38,458 bases of DNA from Polaromonas sp. (GTDB taxonomy: Bacteria; Pseudomonadota; Gammaproteobacteria; Burkholderiales; Burkholderiaceae_C): the NCBI GenBank assembly GCA_043749005.1, contig JAYVEE010000109.1, positions 1 through 38,458 of the forward strand. Reading direction: 5' to 3'. Within the stretch, counting starts at the first letter, position 1. Every line of letters starts with the position of its first letter. The notes under the pieces are model-generated. The model was not told the origin of the DNA and made no database searches. It saw nothing but the letters and a program-made list of their open reading frames with translations. A program made the translations under genes and the position numbers. This document shows, piece after piece, positions 18,770-28,862 of the stretch.

Positions 18770-19434
18770 AAAAAAAGATTGCATTGTTTGATTTGGATCA
18801 CACGCTGATTCCGTTTGACTCGGATTACGCGTGGAATGAATTCACGATTGCGCTCGGCTGGCGTGACGGCGATGCTTTTCGGCGCGCCAATGATGCGTTT
18901 TATGCCCAGTATTGCGATGGCACACTCAACATTCATGACTACGTACGATTTGCCACCCAAGCTATTCGGGACAGAGGCGCTATAGAATCAATAGCTGCTC
19001 ACGCTGAATTTATGGCTTCTATAGTGCTAAAAGACATACAAAAACCGGCCTTGGACCTGGTGCAAAGCCACCAAAAAGCAGGCGATGAGGTTGTCATCGT
19101 CACCGCCACCAACGAGTTTGTAACCCGCCCGATTGCCACTGCTTTTGGCGTGCAGGAACTGATCGCAATCGAGCTTATACGCAATTTGCAAGGCGAGTTC
19201 ACCGGGGATATATCGGGAACACCGTCGTTTCGTGAAGGCAAAGTTACGCGCGTTCAAACCTGGTTGGCCGGGCTTAACCTGAGATGGCAAGACGTTGAAA
19301 CCACGTTTTACAGCGATTCGATGAACGACCTGCCGCTATTAGAAAAAGCCACATTTCCCGTCGCGACCAATCCGGATGAGCGGCTGCGCCAGCTTGCAAC
19401 ACAGCGCGGATGGCGCATACTCGATCTGTTTTAA
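18766..19434 (+). CDS. HAD-IB family hydrolase (SerB/histidinol-phosphatase-like)
   Basis: FDLDHTL, VTAT and YSDSMNDLPLL. Confidence 0.92.
   Translation: MKKKIALFDLDHTLIPFDSDYAWNEFTIALGWRDGDAFRRANDAFYAQYCDGTLNIHDYVRFATQAIRDRGAIESIAAHAEFMASIVLKDIQKPALDLVQSHQKAGDEVVIVTATNEFVTRPIATAFGVQELIAIELIRNLQGEFTGDISGTPSFREGKVTRVQTWLAGLNLRWQDVETTFYSDSMNDLPLLEKATFPVATNPDERLRQLATQRGWRILDLF
18978..19043 (+). repeat. Dispersed element, copy C (in frame in the HAD hydrolase)
   Basis: CGCTAT-AGAATCA-ATAGC-TGCTCACGC-N13-TCTATAG; encodes AIESIAAHA. Confidence 0.85.
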
Positions 19435-19494
19435 CCTTTTTCGGTCGAGCATGCGAGCCAAAGTGGCATGTGAGCTCCTGAAATTCCTGACTTC

Positions 19495-21087
19495 ATGATA
19501 AAAAAATTTATTGACAAACTGTTTGGCAAAACCAGCAACGCGGCAGACAACACAACAGGCAGCGCCAAAGTTGTCAAAAAATCTCCTTTCGGCACCCGCA
19601 ACGACATTCCCGTCAAAGACCACGGCATTAACCCAAAACTGGTTGACGAGCGTGCCATGGACGTGGTGCTCACCCTCAAGGATGCTGGCTACTCGGCGTA
19701 CATCGTCGGCGGCGCAGTTCGCGATTTACTGGTGGGTTTGAAACCCAAAGACTTTGACGTGGCCACTGACGCCACACCTGAGGAAGTTAAACGTCTTTTC
19801 CGCCGTGCCTTCATCATTGGCCGGCGTTTTCGTATCGTTCATGTCATTTACGGCCGGGGCCGCGAGCACGAGGTGATCGAAGTTTCAACTTTTCGCGCCT
19901 ACCTCGACAGCAGCCAGGCCGAACAGGTTGGCGGAAATGAGCGTACCAGCAAAAGTGAGCTGGCCGGCATGACACATGCGGTTGACAGCTCGGGCCGGGT
20001 ACTGCGCGACAACGTTTGGGGTCCGATGCAAGAAGATGCTGCGCGGCGTGACTTCAGCATCAACGCCATGTACTACGATCCTGAGACCCAAGTGGTCGTG
20101 GATTATCACAACGGTATCAGGGACGCATCGAAGAAAATCATCCGCATGATTGGTAACCCGGCGGTGCGCTACCGTGAAGACCCAGTGCGAATTATTCGTG
20201 CGGTGCGCTTTGCTGCCAAGCTGAATGCGCTCGGTTTCAAGTTTGAAGACAAGACCGTGCAGCCGCTGAAAAGCATGACTCGTCTGCTACTAGATGTGCC
20301 GCAATCGCGCCTGTTTGACGAAATGCTTAAATTGCTGCAAACCGGTCATGCGCTGGCCAGTATCGAGCAGCTTAAAACCCTCGGATTGACTGGCATTTAC
20401 CCGCTGCTCGACGTCGTTGTGGACAACGCGCACCAGCCGTTTTTAAACCTCGCGCTGCAAGACACCGACCGCCGCGTCAGCGAAGGCAAACCGGTAGCGC
20501 CCAGCTTTTTGCTGTCCTGCATTTTGTGGGCGGATGTGCGTGATGGCTGGCAGCAGCGCATGGGCCGCGGCGAGCACACGCTGCCTGCGCTGCATGATGC
20601 CATTGACGATGCTTTCAATGCCAAGATTGGTGATGTGTCAGGGCGCGGCAAGCTGGGTGGCGACATGCGGGAAATTTGGGCCATGCAAATACGCTTTGAA
20701 AAGCGTGTCGGCTCGTCGCCCTATTCGATGCTCGAGCAACCGCGCTTTCGCGCTGGCTTTGACTTCTTGCGCCTGCGTGCGCAAACGGGCGAGATAGACA
20801 TCGAGTTGGCCGAGTGGTGGGAGAAATTCAGCACCGCGTATGACGACGAACGCCATGAAATGATTGAAGCCCAACGACTGGCGCAATTACAAAAACCGCA
20901 GCAGCCGCGTGTACGGGCCAAGAAAGTCGATTCAACAGCTACCGATGTGCGCTTTGCTGAGCCCACTGATTCTGTGCCAGATGCAGACCAGCCACAAGGT
21001 GAGCCTGCACCGGCCAAAAAGCGCCGCCGTCGCCGCAAGCCAGCCGACCGCGGCGAAGGCAATTCTGGCGATGCAGCATCAAATTAG
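19495..21087 (+). CDS. pcnB: Poly(A) polymerase I
   Basis: VGGAVRD, KDFDVAT, IIGRRFRIVHV signature, RRDFSIN and EDPVR; basic C-terminal tail. Confidence 0.96.
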   Translation: MIKKFIDKLFGKTSNAADNTTGSAKVVKKSPFGTRNDIPVKDHGINPKLVDERAMDVVLTLKDAGYSAYIVGGAVRDLLVGLKPKDFDVATDATPEEVKRLFRRAFIIGRRFRIVHVIYGRGREHEVIEVSTFRAYLDSSQAEQVGGNERTSKSELAGMTHAVDSSGRVLRDNVWGPMQEDAARRDFSINAMYYDPETQVVVDYHNGIRDASKKIIRMIGNPAVRYREDPVRIIRAVRFAAKLNALGFKFEDKTVQPLKSMTRLLLDVPQSRLFDEMLKLLQTGHALASIEQLKTLGLTGIYPLLDVVVDNAHQPFLNLALQDTDRRVSEGKPVAPSFLLSCILWADVRDGWQQRMGRGEHTLPALHDAIDDAFNAKIGDVSGRGKLGGDMREIWAMQIRFEKRVGSSPYSMLEQPRFRAGFDFLRLRAQTGEIDIELAEWWEKFSTAYDDERHEMIEAQRLAQLQKPQQPRVRAKKVDSTATDVRFAEPTDSVPDADQPQGEPAPAKKRRRRRKPADRGEGNSGDAASN

Positions 21088-21092
21088 ACGCG

Positions 21093-21569
21093 ATGGTGAC
21101 GGCCTACATTGCATTAGGTGCAAATCTGGGCGACGCAGTCGCAGCACTTCAGCAGGCGGTTGCTGCTATCAACACCTTGCCGGACTGTACGGTTAAAAAA
21201 ATCTCCAGCTTTTACAAAACCGTACCGCAAGAAATGCTGCCGGAGGGTGCGCCGGGTGACGATTACATCAACGCTGTGGTAGAAATTGAAACCAGACTGC
21301 CTGCACCGACCTTGCTGCAAAGATTACTGGAGCTGGAGCTTGCCGCAGGTCGTGAGCGACCCTACATCAACGCCCCCCGCACGCTCGACCTGGATTTGCT
21401 GCTCTACGGCAGCGCCCGTATCGACTCAGTGCAGTTAACTGTGCCTCACCCCCGCATGTGGCAGCGGGCGTTTGTGCTGGTACCGCTGGCTGAGATTGCC
21501 CCGCACCTTGTCAGCAGCGCACAACTGGATGTTGTTAAAAAGCAAAAGGCAAGCAAACTCGCTTTTTGA
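21093..21569 (+). CDS. folK: 2-amino-4-hydroxy-6-hydroxymethyldihydropteridine diphosphokinase
   Basis: YIALGANLG, PRTLDLDLL and PHPRMWQRAFVLVPL. Confidence 0.97.
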   Translation: MVTAYIALGANLGDAVAALQQAVAAINTLPDCTVKKISSFYKTVPQEMLPEGAPGDDYINAVVEIETRLPAPTLLQRLLELELAAGRERPYINAPRTLDLDLLLYGSARIDSVQLTVPHPRMWQRAFVLVPLAEIAPHLVSSAQLDVVKKQKASKLAF

Positions 21570-21583
21570 CTGTATTCAGGCCG

Positions 21584-22936
<1,353 letters not shown>

Positions 22937-22940
22937 TTAG

Positions 22941-23258
22941 TTATTCAAAGTGGCAGATGTAGTGGTAGGGCTCGGTCACGCGAATATCAAACTTTGAATT
23001 ACCCGGTACGTTGAATTTATCGCCAGCAGTTGATTTGACCCAGGTATCGCTGCCGGCCAGTTTGTACTCACAACTGCCAGCCACGCATTCCATGATTTCA
23101 GCCACGCCGGTTTTAAAAGTGAGCGTGCTGGGCAAAATCACGCCGACAGATTTTTTGGTGCCGTCAAGGTAAGTGATGCCGTGGCTGACACATTTGCCGT
23201 CAAAGTACACATTGGCTTGCGTGCTCACGCTGATGTTGGAGATTTGTTGGGTAATCAT
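22941..23258 (-). CDS. ppnP: Pyrimidine/purine nucleoside phosphorylase (DUF1255)
   Basis: NVYFDGKCVS, KKSVGVILP and FNVPGNSKF. Confidence 0.9.
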   Translation of the reverse strand: MITQQISNISVSTQANVYFDGKCVSHGITYLDGTKKSVGVILPSTLTFKTGVAEIMECVAGSCEYKLAGSDTWVKSTAGDKFNVPGNSKFDIRVTEPYHYICHFE

Positions 23259-23290
23259 GCCCGGATTTTAAATGACGGGACCCGGCTGTC

Positions 23291-23328
23291 TGAATCTGTT
23301 GGCGCATAGCGCGCGTACTTTGGATTCA
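23291..23328 (+). promoter_or_regulatory. Possible ECF-sigma autoregulatory promoter
   Basis: TGAATC-N17-CGTA just upstream of the ECF gene; an inverted TGAATCCA sits at 23321-23328. Confidence 0.35.
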
Positions 23329-23343
23329 TGGACAATCTTGTGC

Positions 23344-23919
23344 ATGACACCTTTAAACCCGGACACCACCTTGATCGCCCTGATTGACCGAATCGCTTTG
23401 GCTGATGAAAAAGCCTTGCGTGAGCTCTATGAGCTGACTTCGTCGAAGCTGTACGGGGTTGCTGTGCGGATTGTGACAAATCGGGAATGGGCTGAAGACG
23501 TGTTGCAGGAAGCGTTTATCAACATCTGGAAAATTGCGGGCGACTACAAAGCCACGCTGTCGCCGCCCATGGCCTGGATGGCGTTGGTGGTGCGCAGCCG
23601 GGGGCTGGACTTTTTGCGCCGCCGCGCGTCTGACCGTGCTGACCGCATGCAGGAACTTGACGACGTGATTTCTGACACTGTGGCGGGTGATTCACCCAAC
23701 CCGATGGACACAGCTCAGGCCAGCGAGCAGGCCAGGGCGCTGCACAACTGCTTGAGCAGACTCGACAACAAACAGCGCGAAGTCGTCAGCCTGGCCTACA
23801 TGCGCGACATGAGCCACGGTGAGCTGGCCGAGCAGCTCAAACTGCCGCTGGGCACGGTCAAAACCTGGATACGGCGTGGCCTTGAGCAATTGCGCGGCTG
23901 CATGGCCAAACTGGCATAG
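23344..23919 (+). CDS. ECF RNA polymerase sigma factor (SigK-like)
   Basis: AEDVLQEAF (region 2) and PLGTVKTWIRRGL (region 4); paired with an RskA-like gene. Start placed at ATG 23344. Confidence 0.93.
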   Translation: MTPLNPDTTLIALIDRIALADEKALRELYELTSSKLYGVAVRIVTNREWAEDVLQEAFINIWKIAGDYKATLSPPMAWMALVVRSRGLDFLRRRASDRADRMQELDDVISDTVAGDSPNPMDTAQASEQARALHNCLSRLDNKQREVVSLAYMRDMSHGELAEQLKLPLGTVKTWIRRGLEQLRGCMAKLA

Positions 23920-23933
23920 AAAAGTTAAACAAT

Positions 23934-24713
23934 ATGAACCTGATTCAAAATCCCTCACTGGTTGAACAACTTGCGGCTAGCTACGCGCTTGGCACGCTGC
24001 GCGGCGGTGCACGTCGCCGATTTGAAGCGCTGGCGCGCACCCATGCTGAAGTGCGCGCGCAAGCCCTCATCTGGCAGGGCCGCATGGCATCTGTGGCGGA
24101 GCTGCAACCGCAAGTAGCGCCCAGTCTTGCGGTCTGGAAGCGCATTGAAAACCTTGTTAATGCAGACATTCAAACCAGGGTGATACAAGCGGCTCGCGCA
24201 CCGGCCAGGCAGGACAAAGGTTGGTGGAGCAGCCTGAATTTGTGGCGCGGTCTGTCCAGCATGGGTGTGGGCGTCGCGGCTGTAGCTTTGATGGTGGGCA
24301 TCAACCTGAACAACATCAATGCCAGACTGGGCGGTGAAGTGCAGGAACTAACCGCAAAGCTGAGTGCCACGCCCGAGATCCAATACGTGGCGGTACTGGC
24401 GGACGACAAGGCAACCGCATCGATGCTGGTGACGTTTGACCCAAAAAGTAAAAAATTAACACTCAAACGCGTGGGCGGCTTTCAGGAAGCGTCTGACAAG
24501 TCCCTGCAGCTGTGGGCATTACCGCAAACCGGCAGCCCCAAATCACTGGGTGTCATGGGTGGTGATGCGGTTGTCAAGCTGACGGCCGCAAGCAACGAGG
24601 TTGATGTGCCCACTTTGGCCATCACGCTGGAAGAAAAAGGTGGTGTCCCGGCGAACAGTGGGCCTAAAGGGCCACTTTTGTTCAAAGGCGCGCTGATCCA
24701 GACAGCGTTGTGA
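23934..24713 (+). CDS. RskA-type anti-sigma factor
   Basis: LAASYALGTL, VWKRI, one TM helix, LQLWAL and LAITLEEKGG...P.GP. Confidence 0.92.
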   Translation: MNLIQNPSLVEQLAASYALGTLRGGARRRFEALARTHAEVRAQALIWQGRMASVAELQPQVAPSLAVWKRIENLVNADIQTRVIQAARAPARQDKGWWSSLNLWRGLSSMGVGVAAVALMVGINLNNINARLGGEVQELTAKLSATPEIQYVAVLADDKATASMLVTFDPKSKKLTLKRVGGFQEASDKSLQLWALPQTGSPKSLGVMGGDAVVKLTAASNEVDVPTLAITLEEKGGVPANSGPKGPLLFKGALIQTAL

Positions 24714-24715
24714 AC

Positions 24716-25447
24716 CTAACGCCAGTGTCCGTAACCTCGGCTGTAGCCAAAGTTGATCGACGTGCCCACCGGGCCGTAGTAAGGCTGATAGAAATGGCGT
24801 GGGTAGTATGGCCTACCGTAATAGGTGGAGTAAGACTCGACCACCACAGGTGCTAAAAATACCGGTTGCTGCACTACATAGCCCGGCTGCACGGGTGTTT
24901 GCTGGTAATAGGTTTGTGGCTGCGCAGGTTGTATCTGTTGCGCCGGGAAGCCGGGCTGCACTGCTGGATTCATGGCGCCCACTGGCGTGACTTGCAACCG
25001 CACATACGGACCCGGGTCTTGTGCCATCTGTACGTTGTACTGCGTGCCCTGGTATTCGTACACCACGTTGTAATAACTGGCGCGATTTTCATAAAAGGTT
25101 TGCGTGCTGCACTGCTGAAAGTTTTGGACCTGGTTACTGGTGCCCTCAACCCTGTCGCCGACCACTGCGCCACCGACCAGACCGATCACGGTGGCCAGTG
25201 CCCGCCCGCTGCCATTGCCAATTGCGTTGCCGACAGCACCGCCAGCCACGGCGCCTAGCAGCGCACCGCCGCCTGATTTTTGAGTTTCGGTGACGACTTG
25301 CTGGGTGTTGCACACCTGACGCGGCACAGCCACCTGATTTACAACGGGGGTGCTGGTGATGACACGAGCCAAAATGTCAGCGGCTGAAGCGTTTAGCGAC
25401 CAAAGACTGGAGGCTGCGAGCGTTGATATGAAAAAAGTTTTGTTCAT
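24716..25447 (-). CDS. Secreted glycine-zipper 2TM protein with a Q/P/Y-rich tail
   Basis: Signal peptide; GALLGAVAGGAVGNAIGNGSG and YNVVYEYQG...DPG. Confidence 0.88.
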   Translation of the reverse strand: MNKTFFISTLAASSLWSLNASAADILARVITSTPVVNQVAVPRQVCNTQQVVTETQKSGGGALLGAVAGGAVGNAIGNGSGRALATVIGLVGGAVVGDRVEGTSNQVQNFQQCSTQTFYENRASYYNVVYEYQGTQYNVQMAQDPGPYVRLQVTPVGAMNPAVQPGFPAQQIQPAQPQTYYQQTPVQPGYVVQQPVFLAPVVVESYSTYYGRPYYPRHFYQPYYGPVGTSINFGYSRGYGHWR

Positions 25448-25520
25448 GATGTTGATTCCAGTACGAATGGGTCGTTGGATGACTTTTACAGAAAGTGGTT
25501 CACACCTTTACCCAGCGCCC

Positions 25521-25874
25521 CTATTTTGCAGCGATTGCGGACCACGAATCATTGTCGAATCCAACTGTTACATCACCGTTGTGCCATTCAACGACAGGCC
25601 TTTTGATGACGCTGGGGTTGGTCACCATCAGGGTCTGCGCGCCTTGTGGCGAGTTTGTACTGGCCTGACTCGCAGCATCCAGCTTGCGCCAAGTCGTACC
25701 CTGGCGGTTTAGCAGCCTGTCCCAGCCGACGGTGCTGGCCCAAGCGGGCAGCCTGTCAATCGGCACACCCTGCTTTTTGAAATCATGAAATGTGTGCGCC
25801 AAGCCTTGCTCTGTAAGCCAGGCACGCGCTTTTTTAACCGTTTCGCAGTTTGGAATGCCGTAAATACTGATCAT
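25521..25874 (-). CDS. ArsC/Spx family protein (YffB-like)
   Basis: IYGIPNCETVKKAR, FHDFKKQG and PSVIKRPV; start at ATG 25874. Confidence 0.92.
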   Translation of the reverse strand: MISIYGIPNCETVKKARAWLTEQGLAHTFHDFKKQGVPIDRLPAWASTVGWDRLLNRQGTTWRKLDAASQASTNSPQGAQTLMVTNPSVIKRPVVEWHNGDVTVGFDNDSWSAIAAK

Positions 25875-25918
25875 CAAACCAATTCTGCCATAAAAGACCC
25901 AAAAATGGCGTAAACAGG

Positions 25919-25978
25919 GTGCCAAATGAACTTTTATCCCAATGAATACGCGCTTAATTAGCTATTAAATTCATAGTA
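25919..25978 (-). repeat. Dispersed element, copy I (intergenic, between the ArsC-family gene and folC)
   Basis: Reverse strand: TACTAT-GAATTTA-ATAGC-TAATTAAGC-N13-GATAAAAG. Confidence 0.75.
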
Positions 25979-26035
25979 AATTGAAGGCCGTTTGAATCAA
26001 CTGACTTTTTGACTGCGGGCACAATCGACAGTAGC

Positions 26036-27358
26036 ATGCAACACACCCTCACCTACCACGACACGCTAGCCGATTGGCTTGCCTACGCCGAGCGGCTGCA
26101 CCCTAAAACCATAGACATGGGTTTGGCGCGGGTCAAAACCGTGGCTGACCGCATGGGGCTCAAGTTTGACTGCCCCATCATCACTGTGGCGGGTACCAAC
26201 GGCAAAGGCTCAACCTGCGCCATGCTGGAGGCGATTTTGATGGAGGCTGGCTACCGCACCGGGATGTACACCTCGCCGCATTTGGTGAATTTTGAAGAGC
26301 GCTGCCGGGTTCGAGGCGATATTGTCAATGCTACTGATTTAGTAGCTGCTTGCACCCATGTTGATTTGGCTAGATGCCAAAATGGTAACGAAATACAGCT
26401 GACATATTTTGAATTTACCACTCTGGCCATCCTGCAGCTGCTGATGCAAGCCAAGCTTGATGTGGTCATTCTTGAAGTCGGTCTGGGCGGCAGGCTGGAC
26501 GCTGTCAACATCATCGACACCGATTGCGCCATCATCACCAGCATCGACCTGGACCACATGGAGCTGCTAGGCAACACACGGGAATTGATTGGTTTTGAAA
26601 AGGCAGGCATCATGCGGCGCGGCAAACCGGTGGTGGTGAGCGACCCTTTGCCGCCGAAGAGTGTGCTTGAACACGCCGCCACAACAGGCGCTGATTTGTG
26701 GAAATTCGGCACGGATTTCAACTTTTCCGGCGACAAACAGCAATGGGGTTGGGCAGGGCGAGGGCGTCGCTATTCTGGCTTGGCCTACCCAGCCCTGCGC
26801 GGGGCGAATCAACTCATGAATGCTTCTGGCGTGCTGGCTGCATTAACGGCGCTACGGGACTTGCTACCCATCACTGCACAGGCTGTTCGTGTTGGCCTGT
26901 CGATGGTTGAGCTGCCGGGGCGATTTCAAATCATTCCCGGCCAGCCTACGCTGGTACTGGACGTGGCGCACAACCCGCATTCAGTCGCCGCACTGGCCGA
27001 AAACCTGGACGCGATGGGCTTTTACCCATGTACCCACGCCGTGTTTGGAGCTATGGCGGACAAAGACGTAACCCCAATGCTGGCGCGGGTTGGCCCGGTG
27101 GTTGACAAGTGGTACTTCACTGATTTGCCCACCACACGCGCTGCCACGGGCGAGGTTTTGCAGGCCAAGTGGCAGACGTCCAATGGCCGCAAAGACGTCA
27201 CCTCAAACGCTTACAAATCACCAGAATTGGCCCTGCAGGCAGCTATCGCTGCGGCAGACCCCGCTGATAGAATTGTGGTCTTTGGATCGTTCTACACGGT
27301 GGGTGGCATTTTGAAGAGCGGCATACCGCGTTTGTTTGCCCAACACCTGAACAGCTGA
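26036..27358 (+). CDS. folC: Bifunctional folylpolyglutamate synthase/dihydrofolate synthase
   Basis: VAGTNGKGST, YTSPHL, LEVGLGGRLDA and LDVAHNP. Confidence 0.97.
   Translation: MQHTLTYHDTLADWLAYAERLHPKTIDMGLARVKTVADRMGLKFDCPIITVAGTNGKGSTCAMLEAILMEAGYRTGMYTSPHLVNFEERCRVRGDIVNATDLVAACTHVDLARCQNGNEIQLTYFEFTTLAILQLLMQAKLDVVILEVGLGGRLDAVNIIDTDCAIITSIDLDHMELLGNTRELIGFEKAGIMRRGKPVVVSDPLPPKSVLEHAATTGADLWKFGTDFNFSGDKQQWGWAGRGRRYSGLAYPALRGANQLMNASGVLAALTALRDLLPITAQAVRVGLSMVELPGRFQIIPGQPTLVLDVAHNPHSVAALAENLDAMGFYPCTHAVFGAMADKDVTPMLARVGPVVDKWYFTDLPTTRAATGEVLQAKWQTSNGRKDVTSNAYKSPELALQAAIAAADPADRIVVFGSFYTVGGILKSGIPRLFAQHLNS
26329..26393 (+). repeat. Dispersed element, copy D (in frame in folC)
   Basis: TGCTAC-TGATTTA-GTAGC-TGCTTGCAC-N13-GCTAGATGCC; encodes ATDLVAACT...LARCQNGNE. 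Confidence 0.88.
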
Positions 27359-27449
27359 CGTCGTTTCACCCTTCCAGTCTCACTTCCAGCCCACCAGCAA
27401 GCCGACTATTAAAACGAATCCAAGCTTTACAAAGATCAAAGTCAGCACC

Positions 27450-28253
27450 ATGCCGTTTTTCAACTTTCGCCGGGCTTCTTCGACCTTCCCCAACGCCACT
27501 GGTGCAGCCCAACCTGAAAGCATGGAGGTTATTCGCAAGCGCGCCAAGCATCGCCTGATTGGTGCGTCTGTGCTGGTTTTGATTGGCGTGGTCGGCTTCC
27601 CGTTGTTGTTTGACACGCAACCCCGTCCGGTTGCAGTGGATATCCCGATTGAAATCCCCAGTAAAAATAGTGTCAAGCCTCTAGTCATGCCGCCCAAGCC
27701 GGAAACCGGCAAGGAAGTTGCAACGCCGACTCCAACTCTCGCGCCAATCCAGGACAAAGTGGCGACGGCATCCAGCTTGGGCGCCAAAGAAGAAATGGTG
27801 ATCGACAAGAAGCCAGCACCCGTTGCCCCAATTGCGTCAGCTCCAAAAAAAGACCCTGAGTCGTTGGTGAAGCCTGACGGCAAAGTTATACCCAAAGCAG
27901 AGACAAAAGCTGAAGCCAAACCTGCGAACAAACCCGAACCCAAACAAGTCGCCAAACCAGACGACGGTGCCCGTGCCAAAGCGCTGCTTGATGGCCAAGC
28001 GGCTGCTGTGCCAGCGTCATCAACAGAGCGGCTGGTCGTGCAGGTCGGTGCATTTGCAGACAGTGGCAAGGCACAAGAAGTCCGCCTGAAACTTGAGAAG
28101 GCAGGCTTGAAAACGTACACCCAGGTAGCTGACACAAAGGACGGCAAGCGCATTCGTGTGCGGGTGGGCCCATTTGCCAGTAAGGCTGAAGCTGAAAAAG
28201 CCGTTGGTAAAATCAAATCGCTTGATTTGCCAGCCTCTATTTTGACGTTGTAG
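27450..28253 (+). CDS. dedD: SPOR-domain cell division protein (DedD-like)
   Basis: KHRLIGA plus TM helix, P/K-rich linker and VQVGAF...RVRVGPF; folC-dedD-cvpA-purF synteny. Confidence 0.85.
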   Translation: MPFFNFRRASSTFPNATGAAQPESMEVIRKRAKHRLIGASVLVLIGVVGFPLLFDTQPRPVAVDIPIEIPSKNSVKPLVMPPKPETGKEVATPTPTLAPIQDKVATASSLGAKEEMVIDKKPAPVAPIASAPKKDPESLVKPDGKVIPKAETKAEAKPANKPEPKQVAKPDDGARAKALLDGQAAAVPASSTERLVVQVGAFADSGKAQEVRLKLEKAGLKTYTQVADTKDGKRIRVRVGPFASKAEAEKAVGKIKSLDLPASILTL

Positions 28254-28738
28254 TGACCACTGTCGACTGGGTTTTTCTGGCGGTTTTAACCTTTTCCATG
28301 CTGCTGGGCGCGTGGCGCGGCCTGGTTTACGAGGTGCTGTCAGTGCTAGGTTGGGCAGTGTCTTTTTATGCAGCGCAGTATTTTGCGCCCGTGGTTGCCG
28401 GCTGGTTACCGCTGCAGTCGAGCAGTGAAACCTTGCGCTACGCTGCTGCGTTTGTACTGGTGTTTATAGCGGCAGTATTCATCGCAGGTTTGTTAGCTTT
28501 TTTACTGAAAAAGTTAATTGAGTCTATCGGCCTGAGGCCGGTTGACCGCACCATGGGCGCAGCGTTTGGTTTGGTGCGCGGTGTGATTTTGTTGCTGGCA
28601 GCAGCGGTGGTGGTCGACATGACAGCACTTGAAAAAAGTGTGTGGTGGCAAGAGTCCAAAGGTGCGCCAGTTTTGAATGCCACTTTAAAAGGCCTGAAGC
28701 CTATGCTGCCTGAACAGTTTGCAAAATACTTGAGTTGA
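28253..28738 (+). CDS. cvpA: Colicin V production protein family
   Basis: VDWVF...GAWRGLVYE and DRTMGAAFGLVRG. Confidence 0.93.
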   Translation: MTTVDWVFLAVLTFSMLLGAWRGLVYEVLSVLGWAVSFYAAQYFAPVVAGWLPLQSSSETLRYAAAFVLVFIAAVFIAGLLAFLLKKLIESIGLRPVDRTMGAAFGLVRGVILLLAAAVVVDMTALEKSVWWQESKGAPVLNATLKGLKPMLPEQFAKYLS

Positions 28739-28862
28739 GCAGTATGACCCCCACTTTTTTTATTAGCTCGTGCATTACGCTGCCCCCTGCGGGCGTGTAT
28801 TTTTCTCGGGTGAAGTTCAGCAGAAAATATTCGAAAGACCTCAAAATCATGATTGTTACACC

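Noticed and set aside
27380-28216. 278-aa - strand ORF
   Set aside because: Antisense shadow of dedD.
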